Below are positions 19,337 to 27,556 of a stretch of 64,000 nucleotides of DNA, piece by piece. Each line of letters begins with the position of its first letter. The stretch's first letter is position 1. The notes beneath the pieces are model-generated. The model was not told the origin of the DNA. It saw only the letters and a list, made by a program, of their open reading frames with translations, and did not search any database. Source of the stretch: Candidatus Bathyarchaeota archaeon (GTDB lineage: Archaea; Thermoproteota; Bathyarchaeia; Bathyarchaeales; Bathycorpusculaceae); contig OY970280.1 of the NCBI GenBank assembly GCA_963715865.1, positions 1,472,001 to 1,536,000 of the forward strand, written 5' to 3'. The position numbers and the translations under genes are program-made.

Positions 19337-21262
19337 ATGCTAATCCAAGAAGTTATACTTGAAAACTTCATGAGTTACGAGTACGCTAGAGTACCGTTTA
19401 AACCTGGCGTAAACGTGATTGGTGGACCCAACGGAGCAGGAAAATCCTCACTGCTGCTGGCAATATCTGTTGCCTTGGGACAATCATACACGGAACGCTC
19501 AAGAAAACTCAGCGATTTAATCCGCTGGGGAAAAGACCAAGCGCGAGTAACGCTCATTTTAGATAACAGCAAAATGGGAAACAAACGCCCAGTACCAAAA
19601 TATCTAAAAGACCAACTGTTCCTAACCCGCGTGTTGCGCCGTGACGGCAAATACGGGTTTGAACTTGAAAACCGAGCCGTCGGCAAACAAGATGTTGAAA
19701 GGTTACTCGGCAGGTTCGGCGTTGACCCAGACAACATGCTCATCATCATGCACCAGAACATGGTTGAACAATTCACCGTGTTGAGCAATACAGAAAAACT
19801 ACGCATGGTTGAAGAAGCAGTCGGCTTAGAACCTTTCCGCGAAAACGTCCTGCAAGCAAAAACAAAACTTATGCGAATTCTCACACAAGAAGAATCCGTA
19901 AGCAAACTTTTAGAGTCAGCACAGCAAACGCTCAATTACTGGCGTGAACAATACGAAAAATACCAAGAAAAAAAGCAACTGCAGATTAAACGGAGATTTT
20001 TGGACCGCGAATTAACTTGGGCAGAAGTTGAAAGACGCGAAAGCATAGTTAAAAGTTTACAATCAAACCTGAACAAAAACCAAGAAGCGCTTAGCAAAAT
20101 CGAAGAGGAAAAACAAGCCATAATTACCCAACTAAACAATCAGCAGAACCAGCAGGAAACACTGAAAAAAGAAGCCAGGACAGTTTTTGATGAACGATTA
20201 AGCCTTGAACACGAAATCGCTCAAAACCAATCCACACAGTCACTGATTGGACAGTTGCTTGAAGAAACACAAGTGCTGGAGCAAGCAATCCAGAACAGCA
20301 AAGGCCAACTTAAGCTGCTTAGAAACGAAAACCTTAAAGAAATGCTGAAAAACTCACAGCAGCAAATCTCCAAGGCAAACGAGCAAGTCAAAGAGAACCA
20401 AGCAAAAATGCTCAATCTGGAAGAATCAGCTGACAAGGTTACAGGCGAAGTGTTAGAGAAACGGGTAAACCTTGCCCTGCTTGAGTATAAGCGAGCAAAC
20501 GCAATTGTCAACCTAAAAGACATTGAAAAATCGCTAAAGGAAGCCCAAGAAAACTTAAAGACAACATTTCTTAATGCGGAACAGTCTGGTGAACGAATAG
20601 CAGTTTTAAAAAGCGCTTCTGAAATCCAAGATGAAATCAGCTTAACAGGTGGACACTTAGCAGCACTTGCCGACGTTTCAGAAGACATAGAACGCCAGTA
20701 CGAATCCTACTCGAAACTTTACTTAGAGCTGAAGGAAAAAGCACAACTTGTAGCTGAAAACCGCGAGAAAACCCTCGAAGAAGTCAAAATCAGAATGCAA
20801 GCATGGCGAACAGTCATGCAAAACCTGCTTGACCGAGTGAACTTGGAATACCAGAAAATCATGAGACAAACCTTAGCAGCAGGCGAAGTGCAACTATCAA
20901 ATGCTCAAGACATTGAAACTGCTGGATTAGAAATACTCGTTGGCTTCAAAGGCGGAAAACCAGTAGCATTAGACGCTTACACGCAAAGCGGCGGCGAAAG
21001 AACCACAGCAACCATGAGTTTTCTCTTAGCCTTGCAGCAGCATGTACGCTCACCATTCCGAGCAGTAGACGAATATGATATTCACATGGACCCGAAAAAC
21101 CGCGAAATGATTGCAAAAATCCTTCTTTCCATTATTAAAGATGCAAACGCTCAATACGTGGTAATCACTCCAAGCCAAATCACCTTTGCCCAGCAAAACG
21201 CTAACGTCATTACGGTTCAGAATATTGAAGGAAAATCAGTTGTTCGTGAGGTGGCGGCATAA
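19337..21262 (+). CDS. Short SMC-family ATPase (SMC5/6-like motifs; coalescin/ASRP-type)
   Basis: ENFMSY, Walker A GPNGAGKS, Q-loop HQN, about 330 aa mostly coiled coil, QSGGER signature, Walker B/D-loop PFRAVDEYDIHMD; 641 aa. Confidence 0.88.
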   Translation: MLIQEVILENFMSYEYARVPFKPGVNVIGGPNGAGKSSLLLAISVALGQSYTERSRKLSDLIRWGKDQARVTLILDNSKMGNKRPVPKYLKDQLFLTRVLRRDGKYGFELENRAVGKQDVERLLGRFGVDPDNMLIIMHQNMVEQFTVLSNTEKLRMVEEAVGLEPFRENVLQAKTKLMRILTQEESVSKLLESAQQTLNYWREQYEKYQEKKQLQIKRRFLDRELTWAEVERRESIVKSLQSNLNKNQEALSKIEEEKQAIITQLNNQQNQQETLKKEARTVFDERLSLEHEIAQNQSTQSLIGQLLEETQVLEQAIQNSKGQLKLLRNENLKEMLKNSQQQISKANEQVKENQAKMLNLEESADKVTGEVLEKRVNLALLEYKRANAIVNLKDIEKSLKEAQENLKTTFLNAEQSGERIAVLKSASEIQDEISLTGGHLAALADVSEDIERQYESYSKLYLELKEKAQLVAENREKTLEEVKIRMQAWRTVMQNLLDRVNLEYQKIMRQTLAAGEVQLSNAQDIETAGLEILVGFKGGKPVALDAYTQSGGERTTATMSFLLALQQHVRSPFRAVDEYDIHMDPKNREMIAKILLSIIKDANAQYVVITPSQITFAQQNANVITVQNIEGKSVVREVAA

Positions 21263-22089
21263 TGCAGTCAACGAAAGAACCCAAGAAACTAGGCAGAGAA
21301 AGACTTGAACGCATAATTGAAATGTGTATTGTCATAGAAAACCACACTGTAGACCCTTTCACGCTAAATATTGACGAAATAATCAAAGTAGTCAAAGAGT
21401 ATTTTCCGCACTGGCAAAACCCTGACGAGTTAAAACTAGACGCTGAAACGCTTCACCATTTAGCTTCAGTTATTAAATTGCAAAGTGAATGGGTGAAACA
21501 GAGATCAACTTCGCTTTACACTGACCCGTTTCTTTTAGAAGAAAAAATCCTGCAAATAGGCAAGCAAGAGATGGTTAATGTTTTTCTTAAGGCGTGGCAT
21601 CCACTAATCGAGTTTGAACAGATTAGCCTTAACAGTTTGGCGCAGGGATTGCTCTATTGGGAAGCGTTGGCTCCTCTTGGCGAACGATGGAAAGACCTTG
21701 ATGTTTCTGAGGTTTCAATGGGTTTTGCAAGCAGAGATGAATTGATTAAGCAAGGAGTTTTAGGCGATAGGGAGTTTTCTGAGGAATTGAATTGTTACTG
21801 GCAAGAACTCAGAGATTGCGTTGCCAAGAAAGGACAAGATGGCAAAATCCAATATTGGGATTTTATTGGCGCTGACACTTACGAAGAAACAGTTCAAAGA
21901 GCTTTCTTAACGAGTTTTTTGGTTACTTATGGCTACGCAACGTTGGAGATTGACAGGTTAGAAGAGCAAGTTTTCATTAAACCCTTCGATAAACAGAAAA
22001 CGGAAATTTTAACGCAACAGTCAACATCGGTTCCCATTGCCGTCTCATTTGAAGATTGGCAGAAATGGAAAAGAGGCGAATTAGATTGA
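21262..22089 (+). CDS. Kleisin-like protein (ScpA/Nse4-like)
   Basis: N-terminal DPFTLNIDEIIKVVKEY...LASVIKLQSEWV and C-terminal WDFI...EETVQRAFLTSFLVTYGYATLE...VFIKP resemble ScpA N- and C-domains; TAATG overlap with SMC stop. Confidence 0.6.
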   Translation: MQSTKEPKKLGRERLERIIEMCIVIENHTVDPFTLNIDEIIKVVKEYFPHWQNPDELKLDAETLHHLASVIKLQSEWVKQRSTSLYTDPFLLEEKILQIGKQEMVNVFLKAWHPLIEFEQISLNSLAQGLLYWEALAPLGERWKDLDVSEVSMGFASRDELIKQGVLGDREFSEELNCYWQELRDCVAKKGQDGKIQYWDFIGADTYEETVQRAFLTSFLVTYGYATLEIDRLEEQVFIKPFDKQKTEILTQQSTSVPIAVSFEDWQKWKRGELD

Positions 22090-22703
22090 GCAAGAAAAAA
22101 GGCGTTTACGGTAGCAAAGTGAAGAAGACAACGCAGATGCTCTTCTACAAGCGACACCAAAAACCAGGCGTTAAAGGTTGGGAACTACGCAAAGCGTTAG
22201 GTTCAGATTACCCTAAAGTGCTTGATTTACTTGATGATTACTTGAAACCGCTGGATTTGCAGGTTAAAACTGTTTTTGAAGAAGAGAAAACTCCAGAGAA
22301 GCCAACGTTAGAGGAGCTTGATAAGGCAAGGTTCTATGTTGCTTTGCGTGGCGATTTGCCTGTTAAGGATAAACTGCTGGGTTGGCGCATTGACGATTTA
22401 GCAGGCTTAGCCATAACAATCTCTTTCATAATCAGCAAGAAAGGGCAAGTAGCACGCAAAGACGTTGAAAAACTGCTCAGCGAGAAGATGCCGAACTGGA
22501 AAGTTGGCTTAAACATTGACAGGTACATTCGCTACGGCTACTTAACGCAAGATGATAATGGTCAATTGTTTCTGGATTGGAGAACAAGGGCAGAAGTGGA
22601 CCAAAAAGCGCTTATCAACATGCTGCTGTCAACTGACGCACAAAAAGCAGAAACCGCTGAACCTAAGGAAGAAGAACCTCAAGAACAAGAAAACGAGCAA
22701 TAG
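22086..22703 (+). CDS. Tandem winged-helix KITE-like protein (MAGE/Nse3/ScpB-like)
   Basis: LDDYLKPLDLQVKTV, GLAITISFIISKKGQV...DRYIRYGYL resemble MAGE WH-A/WH-B; TTG at 22086 overlaps kleisin TGA (TTGA); ORF track starts at 22056. Confidence 0.5.
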   Translation: MSKKKGVYGSKVKKTTQMLFYKRHQKPGVKGWELRKALGSDYPKVLDLLDDYLKPLDLQVKTVFEEEKTPEKPTLEELDKARFYVALRGDLPVKDKLLGWRIDDLAGLAITISFIISKKGQVARKDVEKLLSEKMPNWKVGLNIDRYIRYGYLTQDDNGQLFLDWRTRAEVDQKALINMLLSTDAQKAETAEPKEEEPQEQENEQ

Positions 22704-22818
22704 CTTCTTTGACTCGCACCATTAGCTCATCCAGAGTCTTTGCCTGCGTATGACACCCAGGAAGCTCAGGAACAGAGGCAACAAGGTATCCTGCCTCATC
22801 ATTTTCAACAACAAGCAA
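22663..22818 (-). pseudogene. HicB-like antitoxin remnant
   Basis: VVENDEAGYLVASVPELPGCHTQAKTLDELMVRVKEAI is a HicB N-domain; no clean start, C-terminus runs antisense into the KITE gene, no hicA adjacent. Confidence 0.65.
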
Positions 22819-22959
22819 CGAACTGACAATAAAAGCTTGTCCCGAATTAATCGGTAAATGCTTCCCATGTTCAGGCGTGATAATCAAAAATTGATAACCT
22901 AATAGATTAGCCACATCTAGCAAAACGTTTCATCGCCTAGTCAGCCAGTTACGAACTGC

Positions 22960-23397
22960 TTAGGTGATACTAACGTTCTGAATGTCGAAATACCTTTTTG
23001 CTAAAAAGCGCAGACGTTCGGCGTTTTTGCCGTTCTTGCCTATGGCGACGCCCTTGTCTTTCGGGTTGACGGTTATGACTGCCATCTTTTTGCCATCTGT
23101 TCGCTCGGTAACGCGTATCTCTCTGACTGCTGCTGGCTTTAGGGCGTTTTTCATGAATTGAACTGGGTCTTCGCTGTACTCGATGATTTCATGTTTTTTG
23201 CCTGTCATTCGCTCGAGTGTGTGGATGTTTCTGCCGCCTTTTCCTATGGCTACGCCCACTTGGCCTTGGTTGACGATGAATATTGCTCGTTCCTGTTCCT
23301 CATCGATTATGCAGTCTTTCACGCTGGCGCCGCTTACGCTTTCAAACAAAGCGATGTATCGCATTTCGTCGCAGGTGATTTTTATGCCGGTTGTCAG
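22960..23397 (-). CDS. nusA: Archaeal NusA-like KH-domain transcription factor
   Basis: MRYIALFES, GVAIGKGG and GVAIGKNG KH motifs; frame extends to CTG at 23397 preceded by GGAGG. Confidence 0.93.
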   Translation of the reverse strand: MTTGIKITCDEMRYIALFESVSGASVKDCIIDEEQERAIFIVNQGQVGVAIGKGGRNIHTLERMTGKKHEIIEYSEDPVQFMKNALKPAAVREIRVTERTDGKKMAVITVNPKDKGVAIGKNGKNAERLRFLAKRYFDIQNVSIT

Positions 23398-23413
23398 TTT
23401 TTTTCCTCCATTT

Positions 23414-23725
23414 TTATTCTTTAATTTCTTCTGTTATTTTGAGAATTTCTGAGTCCCCGGCTTCTCTTATGCTTAATGCTGATATAATAAAGAGTTTTTT
23501 GCAGACTTCCGCTAAATCCATTGAGCCACCTTTGTATGTTATCACGGGGACTTTAGAGATTTCACCATAGTATTCTATCTGTTCTTTTATGTCTTTTGGA
23601 CAGTTAGAGGCTAAAACTATCATCTTAGCCTTGCCAGTTTTAGCGTTTTGCAATGCAACATTGGATCCGAAAGATACTTTGCCAGTTTTCACTGCTGTCG
23701 CTAACGCTTTATCTATATCTATCAT
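23414..23725 (-). CDS. rpl30e: 50S ribosomal protein L30e
   Basis: ALATAVKTGKVSFGS, KAKMIVLASNCP; canonical position between rpoA and nusA. Confidence 0.93.
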   Translation of the reverse strand: MIDIDKALATAVKTGKVSFGSNVALQNAKTGKAKMIVLASNCPKDIKEQIEYYGEISKVPVITYKGGSMDLAEVCKKLFIISALSIREAGDSEILKITEEIKE

Positions 23726-26700
23726 GCTTCTGTTTTTCCTCCTTGTTTTACTTGCTTTTCAAACGTTGACATATACAACTCAACTAAGCCTGTGCCGATC
23801 GGTATCGACTGCCCGACTATAACGTTTTCTGTTACACCTGCCAACGGGTCAATTTCACCTTTCACCGCTGCTTCAACAATGTTAGGCACTGTAATTTCGA
23901 ATGCCGCTCGAGCTAAAACACTTGCTTTCTTGCCGCTAATGCCGTGCCTGCCAATCTGCTGCACATCACCTGTTGTAGTCATCATGTCTGCTACGAGCAT
24001 GACATGGCGTACATCAACATCTAAGCCTTGGTCCTCCAAGACGCCTTTTGCCTCGTTGACTAACGCGTTTCTTGAAGCTTCCACACCGAGAGTTTTAGCT
24101 ATTTCGTGAATGTTGTTGGTGGTTGTTCGTGAAGTGTCTACACCTTTAACCTCTAAGACTTTAGATAGGTTGGAGCCGTCAGTTCGTATTACCCATTCTC
24201 CGTGTTCTTCAGTAACCAGCACACGTTTAATGTCGGGTACACCTTTAACTTGAAAACTTGGAATCTTGGTTAGCAGTCTCTTTAGTTGTTCAGCTTTTTT
24301 CGGCTTAATCTGCACTGTATCATCAGTAACTGTAACAGTTGCGTTTTGCAATTCCATCCGTTCTTTTAGCTCATCCATTGTTATGGCTCTGTCTTCCATC
24401 ATTGACTTGTTTAATTCAATAACGATTTCCTCGCGCACAGGGTCTTCGTAGATTGCTGAAGCCAAGTCTTCTACAGAAGTGTAAATTATGTTTCGAGCGA
24501 TTTCCACTGCGCTCTCTTTGTTCTTCGCATGTTCGCCATTTAAGTAGATGGCCATGATTGGCGTTGAAGGAATCCTGCGTGCATCAACAATTTCAATGAG
24601 TCTTGGCAAGCCTAAGGTGACGTTTTGTTCTTTGACACCAGCATAGTGGAAGGTTCTAAGAGTCATTTGAGTGCCTGGTTCACCTATTGATTGAGCAGCA
24701 ACGATTCCAACTGCTTCACCTGGCTCCATTAAAGCACGCTTATACTGCTCAGCAGTCAAAGTTGCGGCTTTTTCAACACCTTTCTTGGTAAGTTTGTTCT
24801 TTGCGAAGTTTTGTTTAAGCTGATTCATCAAAATCGGCGTAAGCTGCTTCTCAACACCTTTCAACTGTTTCTTGATGTCCTCTGGAGATGCTGGTTCACC
24901 TTTTTCTTCGCCGATTTTTATTTGGTCAATGAGTCGGCTTACGTTTACTGCTTTGCCGTGGTCGCTTTTAGCTGGGTCAACACCGTCTTCGCCATACCTG
25001 AACTGGATGATGTCGCCTGCTGAATCACGTACTGTGCTGTCGTATTCAAGACGGATGTGTTCAAGCGCGTTGATTAGCCTTCGCTGCATGTAACCGCTTT
25101 GTTGTGTGCGGACGGCTGTGTCAACTAGGCCTTCTCTGCCACCCATAGCGTGGAAGAAGAATTCAATCGCATCCAAGCCTGTCTGGTAAGAATTGTAGAC
25201 GAAGCCTCTTGCTCTTGGACTTGGGTCGCCATCAACAAAGTGCGGTAACGCTCTTCCTGCGTAGCCCCTTAGGATACGTTTGCCTCGCACTGATTGTTGT
25301 CCAACGCAAGCAGCCATTTGACCAATGTTTAAGCTTGAGCCTCTTGCGCCGGTTCTTGTCATGACGATGCCTGCGTTTTCTAGTGTGAAGTCTTCGTCTG
25401 CTATTTTGCCTGCTTCATCTCTGGCTGTGGCAAGTTCGTGCATGACGTAGATTTCGAAGGATTCCTCTAAGGTTTGTCCTGGCAAGCGTGGTAATTTTCC
25501 GTTGCGGTAGTTTTCGATGTGTTCATCGATTTTCTTTTGGATGCGTTCCATTGTTTTTGCTATGCGGTTGCGGGCTCTCGGCGAGAGAACTAGTTGGTCG
25601 TAGGTGTAGCTGAAGCCTCGCATTGAAATGAATAGCTTTAGCAAGTGAGTTATCTTATTGAGGAATTCTCGTCCTGCTTGGGTGCCGTAATCTTTGATAA
25701 TTCTGTGAAGGAGACTTTCGGATTGCTCAGCACCGATTGAACGCCTATCAATGATGCCTGAAACTAACTGGCCATTTTTGACCACTACGTAAGCGTCGTG
25801 CTTGCACTCTTCTTCTTCACATTTAGTGCAGCCTTGACAAATATTGGCTTTCAAAACGTAATTCAACGTTTTCGGCAGAAATAGGCTGAATATTTGTTTG
25901 CCTGACCACATGGGTTGCGGCGTCTTAATTTCTGGTTCTGGCAGTTCCTCAACGTATCCTGTTGTAGTTAGCAGCCTGTTAACCTCGCCTCTTGTCAAGT
26001 AGTTTCCTTTTCGAGTAAAATAATAGGCACTTGTGATAAAGTCCCTTATAGCACCGATAATGGGTCCGCCAAATCTGGGCGAGAGGATTTGGTCTTGAAC
26101 CTGCATTAGAAGGAGTGCTTCTGTTCGTGCTTCTTCACTTTGTGGAACGTGAAGGTTCATTTCGTCGCCGTCAAAGTCAGCGTTGTAAGGTGGGCAAACA
26201 CATAGGTGCAGGCGGAAAGTCTTGTATGGCAAAACCCGTACGTAATGAGCCATGATGGACATGCGGTGAAGTGAAGGCTGCCGGTTAAAGATTGCAATAT
26301 CACCGTTCTTGAGGTGCCGTTCAACTACGAACCCTAACTCTACTGCTTCAGCGATTTTGGTTCGGTCAACAACGAATTCTAGCCTTATGCGCTTGCCATC
26401 TGGCCTAATAATGTATAATGCGCCAGGATAGTTTTCTGGACCGTTAACTACGAGTTTCTTCATTTCCTCAATATTCCATGCAGTAACTTTTTCTGGCACA
26501 GATAACCGCATGGCAATATCCTGCGGAACACCAACCTCGTTAATGTCAAGGTTCGGGTCGGGAGAAATGACCGTGCGTGCTGAAAAGTCAACTCGTTTGC
26601 CTGAAAGGTTGCTTCTGAAGCGACCTTCCTTTCCCTTGAGCCTTTGCGAGAGAGTTTTTAATGCTCTGCCACTGCGGTGTCTTGCCGGCGGAATGCCTGA

Positions 26701-27555
26701 GGCTTCATTGTTAAAGTATGTAGTAACATGGTACTGTAAAAGCTCAGATAGGTCTTGAATGATGAGTGTAGGTGCACCTGCGTCCATGTTTTCCTTCAAG
26801 CGCTGATTGATGCGGATAATGTCTACTAGCTTATGGGTTAAATCGTCTTCTGAACGGATACCTGATTCTAAAGTGATGGATGGACGAACATAAACTGGCG
26901 GTACAGGCAAAACCTGCAGAACCATCCATTCTGGGCGTGCAACTTTCGGGTTGAAACCCAAAATTTCAAGGTCCTCGTCTGAGACGCGTTCAAGTCTTTC
27001 ACGAATCATGCTGGGTGTCAATGGCTCGGAGCCTGCTTCAGTCTGCTCAATAAACTTGGTTGGCTTCTCAAAAGTAATCTTGTACTGAACCGCTGCGCAG
27101 TAGGGGCACTGTTTTGCTTTAATTTCAGTCATTATTTCCTTGTAAACTTCATCTGGAATTGTGCCTAAAAGCTCGTTGAGCCGTTCAATTCGAGCACGCG
27201 CCTTCTTATCGGCATCTTCAGATAAAAGTATGCGGCCACAACTACGGCAGGTGGCTTTTAGAAGGTCAAAAATAATTTTGGTAAATTCTATATGTACGAT
27301 TGGTACGGCTAATTCGATGTGTCCAAAGTGGCCTGGGCAGCGGATAGCGGTGTTGCCACAGGTTTTGCAGCGCTGCCTTGGCTCGAGTGTGCCTAATCTG
27401 CCATCCATTAAGCCAGCAGTGATGGGTGCGCCGTCTTCGTCATAGGTGTCGGGGGCTTGGATTTCAACGACTGATTGTTTACGGAGGTCTTTGGGTGAAA
27501 TTAAACCGAATGAAATTTCATCAACTATTTTATGGATTAATTCTTCCGTTGACAT
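23722..27555 (-). CDS. rpoA: RNA polymerase largest subunit, A' and A'' fused
   Basis: CPGHFGHI, RFRSNLSGKRVD, NADFDGDEMN active site, continuing in frame into AAQSIGEPGTQMTLRTFH (A''). Confidence 0.97.
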   Translation of the reverse strand: MSTEELIHKIVDEISFGLISPKDLRKQSVVEIQAPDTYDEDGAPITAGLMDGRLGTLEPRQRCKTCGNTAIRCPGHFGHIELAVPIVHIEFTKIIFDLLKATCRSCGRILLSEDADKKARARIERLNELLGTIPDEVYKEIMTEIKAKQCPYCAAVQYKITFEKPTKFIEQTEAGSEPLTPSMIRERLERVSDEDLEILGFNPKVARPEWMVLQVLPVPPVYVRPSITLESGIRSEDDLTHKLVDIIRINQRLKENMDAGAPTLIIQDLSELLQYHVTTYFNNEASGIPPARHRSGRALKTLSQRLKGKEGRFRSNLSGKRVDFSARTVISPDPNLDINEVGVPQDIAMRLSVPEKVTAWNIEEMKKLVVNGPENYPGALYIIRPDGKRIRLEFVVDRTKIAEAVELGFVVERHLKNGDIAIFNRQPSLHRMSIMAHYVRVLPYKTFRLHLCVCPPYNADFDGDEMNLHVPQSEEARTEALLLMQVQDQILSPRFGGPIIGAIRDFITSAYYFTRKGNYLTRGEVNRLLTTTGYVEELPEPEIKTPQPMWSGKQIFSLFLPKTLNYVLKANICQGCTKCEEEECKHDAYVVVKNGQLVSGIIDRRSIGAEQSESLLHRIIKDYGTQAGREFLNKITHLLKLFISMRGFSYTYDQLVLSPRARNRIAKTMERIQKKIDEHIENYRNGKLPRLPGQTLEESFEIYVMHELATARDEAGKIADEDFTLENAGIVMTRTGARGSSLNIGQMAACVGQQSVRGKRILRGYAGRALPHFVDGDPSPRARGFVYNSYQTGLDAIEFFFHAMGGREGLVDTAVRTQQSGYMQRRLINALEHIRLEYDSTVRDSAGDIIQFRYGEDGVDPAKSDHGKAVNVSRLIDQIKIGEEKGEPASPEDIKKQLKGVEKQLTPILMNQLKQNFAKNKLTKKGVEKAATLTAEQYKRALMEPGEAVGIVAAQSIGEPGTQMTLRTFHYAGVKEQNVTLGLPRLIEIVDARRIPSTPIMAIYLNGEHAKNKESAVEIARNIIYTSVEDLASAIYEDPVREEIVIELNKSMMEDRAITMDELKERMELQNATVTVTDDTVQIKPKKAEQLKRLLTKIPSFQVKGVPDIKRVLVTEEHGEWVIRTDGSNLSKVLEVKGVDTSRTTTNNIHEIAKTLGVEASRNALVNEAKGVLEDQGLDVDVRHVMLVADMMTTTGDVQQIGRHGISGKKASVLARAAFEITVPNIVEAAVKGEIDPLAGVTENVIVGQSIPIGTGLVELYMSTFEKQVKQGGKTEA

Positions 27556-27556
27556 G

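Noticed and set aside
19337-21262. Rad50/SbcC
   Set aside because: No CxxC zinc hook and no Mre11 neighbour; D-loop and signature are SMC5/6-like
19337-22703. Wadjet/MksBEFG anti-plasmid system
   Set aside because: No JetD/MksG TOPRIM nuclease gene adjacent; SMC comes first and is much shorter than JetC; the context is core chromosome
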